Source: Squalus acanthias
Taxonomy: Eukaryota
DNA: 64,000 bases
Direction: 5' to 3'
Assembly: GCA_030390025.1 (NCBI GenBank)
Contig: CM059433.1
Span: forward strand, 29,328,001-29,392,000
Shown here: one piece after another, positions 60,312 through 64,000 of the stretch
Layout: every line of letters starts with the position of its first letter
Position numbering within the stretch: position 1 is the first letter of the stretch
Position numbers and translations under genes: made by a program
Notes under the pieces: model-generated
Databases searched by the model: none
Told to the model about the DNA's origin: nothing
The model's input: the letters and a program-made list of their open reading frames with translations, nothing else

Positions 60312-62206
60312 ATGTCCACGATCAAGCAAAAGTGTGCACCTCGGTTTGATGAGCCCTCCTCCAAGCCTCAGGGAGAAAAAAGCCACCCCAGCAGACAAAA
60401 GCTGTGTGGCTGCAAGTGGCCCAGGAGGTCAACTCCATTTTGCTGAGCCGCAGAACCTGGCTGCAAAGCAGGAAGAGGTTTCATGATCTTCTCTGCACAG
60501 GAAAAGTGAGTATGACTTTCCCATCACCCTCAATCTGATCCCCATCTCCTCTCCTCACCAGCACTCTGCTTTGCCAACCTCTTCCTCCACATTCCACTTG
60601 ACACTTACATGCCTGCACCCTTACCCATTCCCTCTCTCTCAAAGGTCACATTCACTTAACTATTCGACCATGCAGCCCTCACACTCCCTATCACTGTGAT
60701 GCCATGACAACAACTTTCAACACACAGGGATGGTCCTTTGTCTCCTTCTAAGCATCTATGCTATGGATTATCTACACTCACTCCTTCATTCTCACTCAAA
60801 CTCCACTCGTGTCCCTCATTGCAGGAAAAAAGAGCCCACAATAAGAGGGAAAGAGCCATGACAGGAGGAGGGCCACCCTCAGTAGCCCAGCTCACCGCCT
60901 GGGAGGAGGCGGCCCTGGAAATCGCCGGGATCGAGGAGGATTCCCAAGTGGGGACGGACAGACGGGCACATCACAGCAAGCTGGTGACAGAATAGTTTGG
61001 CATCTCTCTCATTGACATTGCATGAGTCACTGATAATGAATCTGATGCTCTAACAGATTGACTTATGATCATCTGCACTATTCAATGTTCATGTAACCGT
61101 GACCTCACATCTCTAACTCTTTCCTTTACTCCCTCACAGGACCATCAAAAGCCCCCGTCCCCACTGTCCAGGAGGAAGTGCCTGAGCTTCCAGACTCCTC
61201 AGAGGAAGCTGCAACCTCTGAGGGCGCAGCCTCAGCAGAATTCAGCGCACCCAGCACCAGCGCAGACACTCACACCTCGGTGGGACCTTCGCAAGATAGA
61301 GTAGTGTTGGCACCTGGTGTATCACAGCTCACAAGTGAGCATCAGCAGATGGTGGAGACAGGGACAGCAGTGGAGAGTCCTCGTCGGAGGGCGCAGGACT
61401 CTGCCAGCTCAGCTCAGCTGCATGTCGACCCTGTTCATCCGGGTCCATCCAGAATGAGAGCGGTGCTGGAACTCCAGGAATAGGTACAGGAGTCTCCGGC
61501 AGGTTTTGTCTCCAGGGTCACTGCGAGTGTCGAGCGAATGGAGGAGTACATCGCGAACATGAGCAGAGCCTTTGTGGAGGCATTGGCGCATGAACACATC
61601 ACCACGGAAAGGATGACAACCTCCGTGGAAAGGATGGCTACAGTAGAGGAGAAGATGGCTACGGCCATGGAAGAGCTAAGTCACCAGAGTGTAGAAAACA
61701 TGGTCATTGTTCAGAATAGACTGGCATCTCTTGAGGAGCGATGGTCAGCTACTGAGCATAGAAACCAGACCTTCATGGAAGTCCTCTGGAGTAGGACTTC
61801 CAGTGCAGAAACGGGTCCTCATGGCCCCCCTGAAGTGCAGCAAGGTGCTGTCAAGCCACTTGCTAGCTCTGAAGTGGGGCTGACCCATGAGAGTGATGTT
61901 GGTGGCAGACAACAAAGAAGTGGGGGCTCCTCTCCAGGCGCTCAAATGACCATGCCACTGCAAAGCCCTTGGCCAGAGCCCCACCAGAGTCCTCACCCAA
62001 CTGAGATGGGCGTCTCATCCCCTGCACAACCGCAGGAGCAGCAGACTGTTGCCGAGTCCTCACAGGTTCGCAACCCCAGAGGACGGCCGCCAAAGGTGTC
62101 GAGACAGGAGCAGCAAGAAAGTGAGCAAGGGGCCTCCACATCTGCTGAAGCCACAGGGGAAGCACCACGTAGGAGCACGCGTACGAGGAAGATAATGCAC
62201 AAGTAG
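60312..62206 (+). pseudogene. Harbinger Myb/SANT-like gene with 3 exons (60312-60505, 60825-60983, 61140-62206)
   Basis: GT-AG sites; EKRAHNKRERAMTGGGPP; exon 3 is homologous to 10519-11502. Deletion/frameshift in exon 1 and a stop at 61481. Confidence 0.8.
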
Positions 62207-62465
62207 TCACAAGGGTAGTCACTTGGGTGTTATGTTGTGTTTATTTTTGAAATGCCACCAGTTGCTTGTTGTGATAAAAAAATTCTGATGGCAAACTGTT
62301 GAAGTTGTGGCCTGTGTCATTTCGCAAATGGGATTTCCACATTGAGGGCTTAGAGCGACTTGCAATTGTCAGTATGGTGGTCAGAGTGATAGGAATCCGC
62401 AGGTTCTTGTCCATTGTCGATGCTCTGTTAAGAAGGTGCGAGGCAAAAGTGTTTGATTGTACAGT

Positions 62466-62692
62466 CTAAGCAAATGTGACCAACATGAGTGCATCCCTTG
62501 CATCCCGGGCAGCAATATGGTCGCGCTCTGGCGACTTCTGGCCTGTGCATCTTCAGGTGGATGACTAGCAACTTGGCGCTCCTGTTGCTGCTCCTGCTGT
62601 TGGTGCTGCTGTTGCTCATGGTTCTGCTGCTGCCGTGGCTGGTCTTCATCCGAATCTGATGTCCGGGAGGAAAGGAATTAAATGGTTCCCAT
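62466..62692 (-). pseudogene. Transposase remnant: Gln-rich N-terminus joined to the last ~18 codons
   Basis: SDSDEDQPRQQQNHEQQQHQQQEQQQ matches SESDQDEPHHQQPQ...; HIAARDARDALMLVTFA* matches HIAAREARDGLFMARFT* of 11800-12995. Confidence 0.75.
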
Positions 62693-64000
62693 GCTTCTGG
62701 TATATGCCTCAGTTGAGGAGGCGCTCAGTCAAGGTGGGGAGAGGGGTTTCCCAGAAGGTCACACTGGAGATGGGTGTCAGGCTCCAAGCTTCCACAACAC
62801 TGAGTATGCCTGCTAAAAGTTCCCCCAGACCTGAAACAACAAAGTTCTGCTACCTGCAAATGATCATTGGTGAAAACTCCTTTGTAATGGTGGGGCTGCA
62901 GCTGTTCGTAAGCAATCCACTTGTGAGGCCGCCAGCATTACCTGGCGTGTTCCAGAGGAGGCGTGAGGGATGGGGGGAATGACTAAAAATCGGAAAGGCC
63001 TCTCAAAATGGGATTATAGAGGCTATTAAGTGGTTGTTAAAGGCCTTAAGGGCCTATCCCACCTCTTGGAGGCGGGATGGAAAGGGGGTCAGAAAACACG
63101 CTTTTGGGAAAATTGCTCGGAGGCGGGATGGAGGTGGGATCGGGCCCGCCCGCCATTTTTGGCGATTTTAACAACTCACACGCTCCAATCCCGCCTCCTC
63201 GGGCCTGGCAAAATTGAGCCCTTTGTGTTCTCCTCACAGCTTACTGTCCCACCTAGCTTTGTATCATCAGCAAACTTGGATACATACATTCCCTTCATCT
63301 AGGTCATTAATATAGATTGTAAATAGCTGAGGCCCCAACACTGAGCCTTGCAGCACCCCACAACTTACAGCCTGCCAACCTGAAAAAGATCTGTTTTCTG
63401 TCCATTAACCAATCCTTTATCCATGCTACTATATTACCCCCAACCCCATGAGCCCTAATCTTGTGTAATAACCTTTTATGTGGCACCTTATCGAATGCCT
63501 TTTGGAAATCCAAATATACTACATCCACTGGTTTTCCTTTATCTACCCTGCTAGTTACATCCTCAAAAAACTCTAATAAATTTGTAAAACACGATTTCCC
63601 TTTCATAAAACCATGTTGACTCTGCCTAATCATGTTCTGATTTTCTAAGTGATTTTCCCGACGACTGATGTCAGGCTAACTGGCCTGTAGTTCCCTGTTT
63701 TTTCTCTCCCTCCTTTCTTAAATAGTGTTGTTACATTTGCGACCTTCCAATCCGCTGGGACCATTCCAGAATCTAAGGAATTTTGTATACACTCTAAGAA
63801 CTCTTCCTCAAGTCTACCTATGCCAATTTGCTTTGTCCAATTAATATGAAGATTAAAATCTCCCATGATTATAGCCATATCTTTCTTACAAGCCTCTATT
63901 ATTTCTTGATTTATTCTCTGTCCTACAGTGTGGCTACTGTTTGGGGGCCTGTAGACCACTCCCACCAGTGACTTTTTACCCTTATTATTTCTTATCTCCA

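Larger units (their letters stand above)
60031..63221 (+). mobile_element. Non-autonomous Harbinger (3191 bp): Myb gene kept, transposase core deleted
   Basis: TIR GGGCTGAATTTTG versus reverse complement GGGCTCAATTTTG; TTT TSD at 60028-60030 and 63222-63224. Confidence 0.9.
58710..64000 (-). mobile_element. CR1 LINE(s) (58710-60030 and 63222-64000) split by a Harbinger
   Basis: GVVYRPP and MGDFN (APE), DFQKAFD, FADDTK, WNSLP. The flanks rejoin as GACTCTTT|GTGTTCTCC. Confidence 0.88.

Noticed and set aside
52760..64000. Further asparaginase exons, including the catalytic Thr region
   Set aside because: None recognised; they probably lie beyond the window.

Overview
Vertebrate genomic DNA, most likely a cartilaginous fish; this is inferred from the repeat set (CR1, L2, Deu-domain SINEs, Penelope-like elements, Harbingers). 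The only host gene I can support is an isoaspartyl peptidase/L-asparaginase (ASRGL1-like) on the + strand. Two coding exons (4356-4542 and 52617-52759) are joined in frame across a 48,074-bp intron made mostly of nested transposons. Two mobile systems stand out. (1) A PIF/Harbinger clan: one full-length decayed element (9334-13530) with convergent spliced Myb/SANT and HARBI1-like transposase genes, several derivatives that keep the Myb gene but lost most or all of the transposase, and MITEs. Four copies have exact 3-bp TSDs (AAA, CTC, TAG, TTT). (2) Two Penelope-like (RT + GIY-YIG) families whose 3' ends carry minimal hammerhead-ribozyme motifs, including a young nested copy with an uninterrupted ORF and a 202-bp fold-back insertion with 73-bp arms and a 13-bp TSD. 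Boundaries of old repeats are approximate; TIR, TSD, exon and ribozyme coordinates were read directly. No database searches were run.
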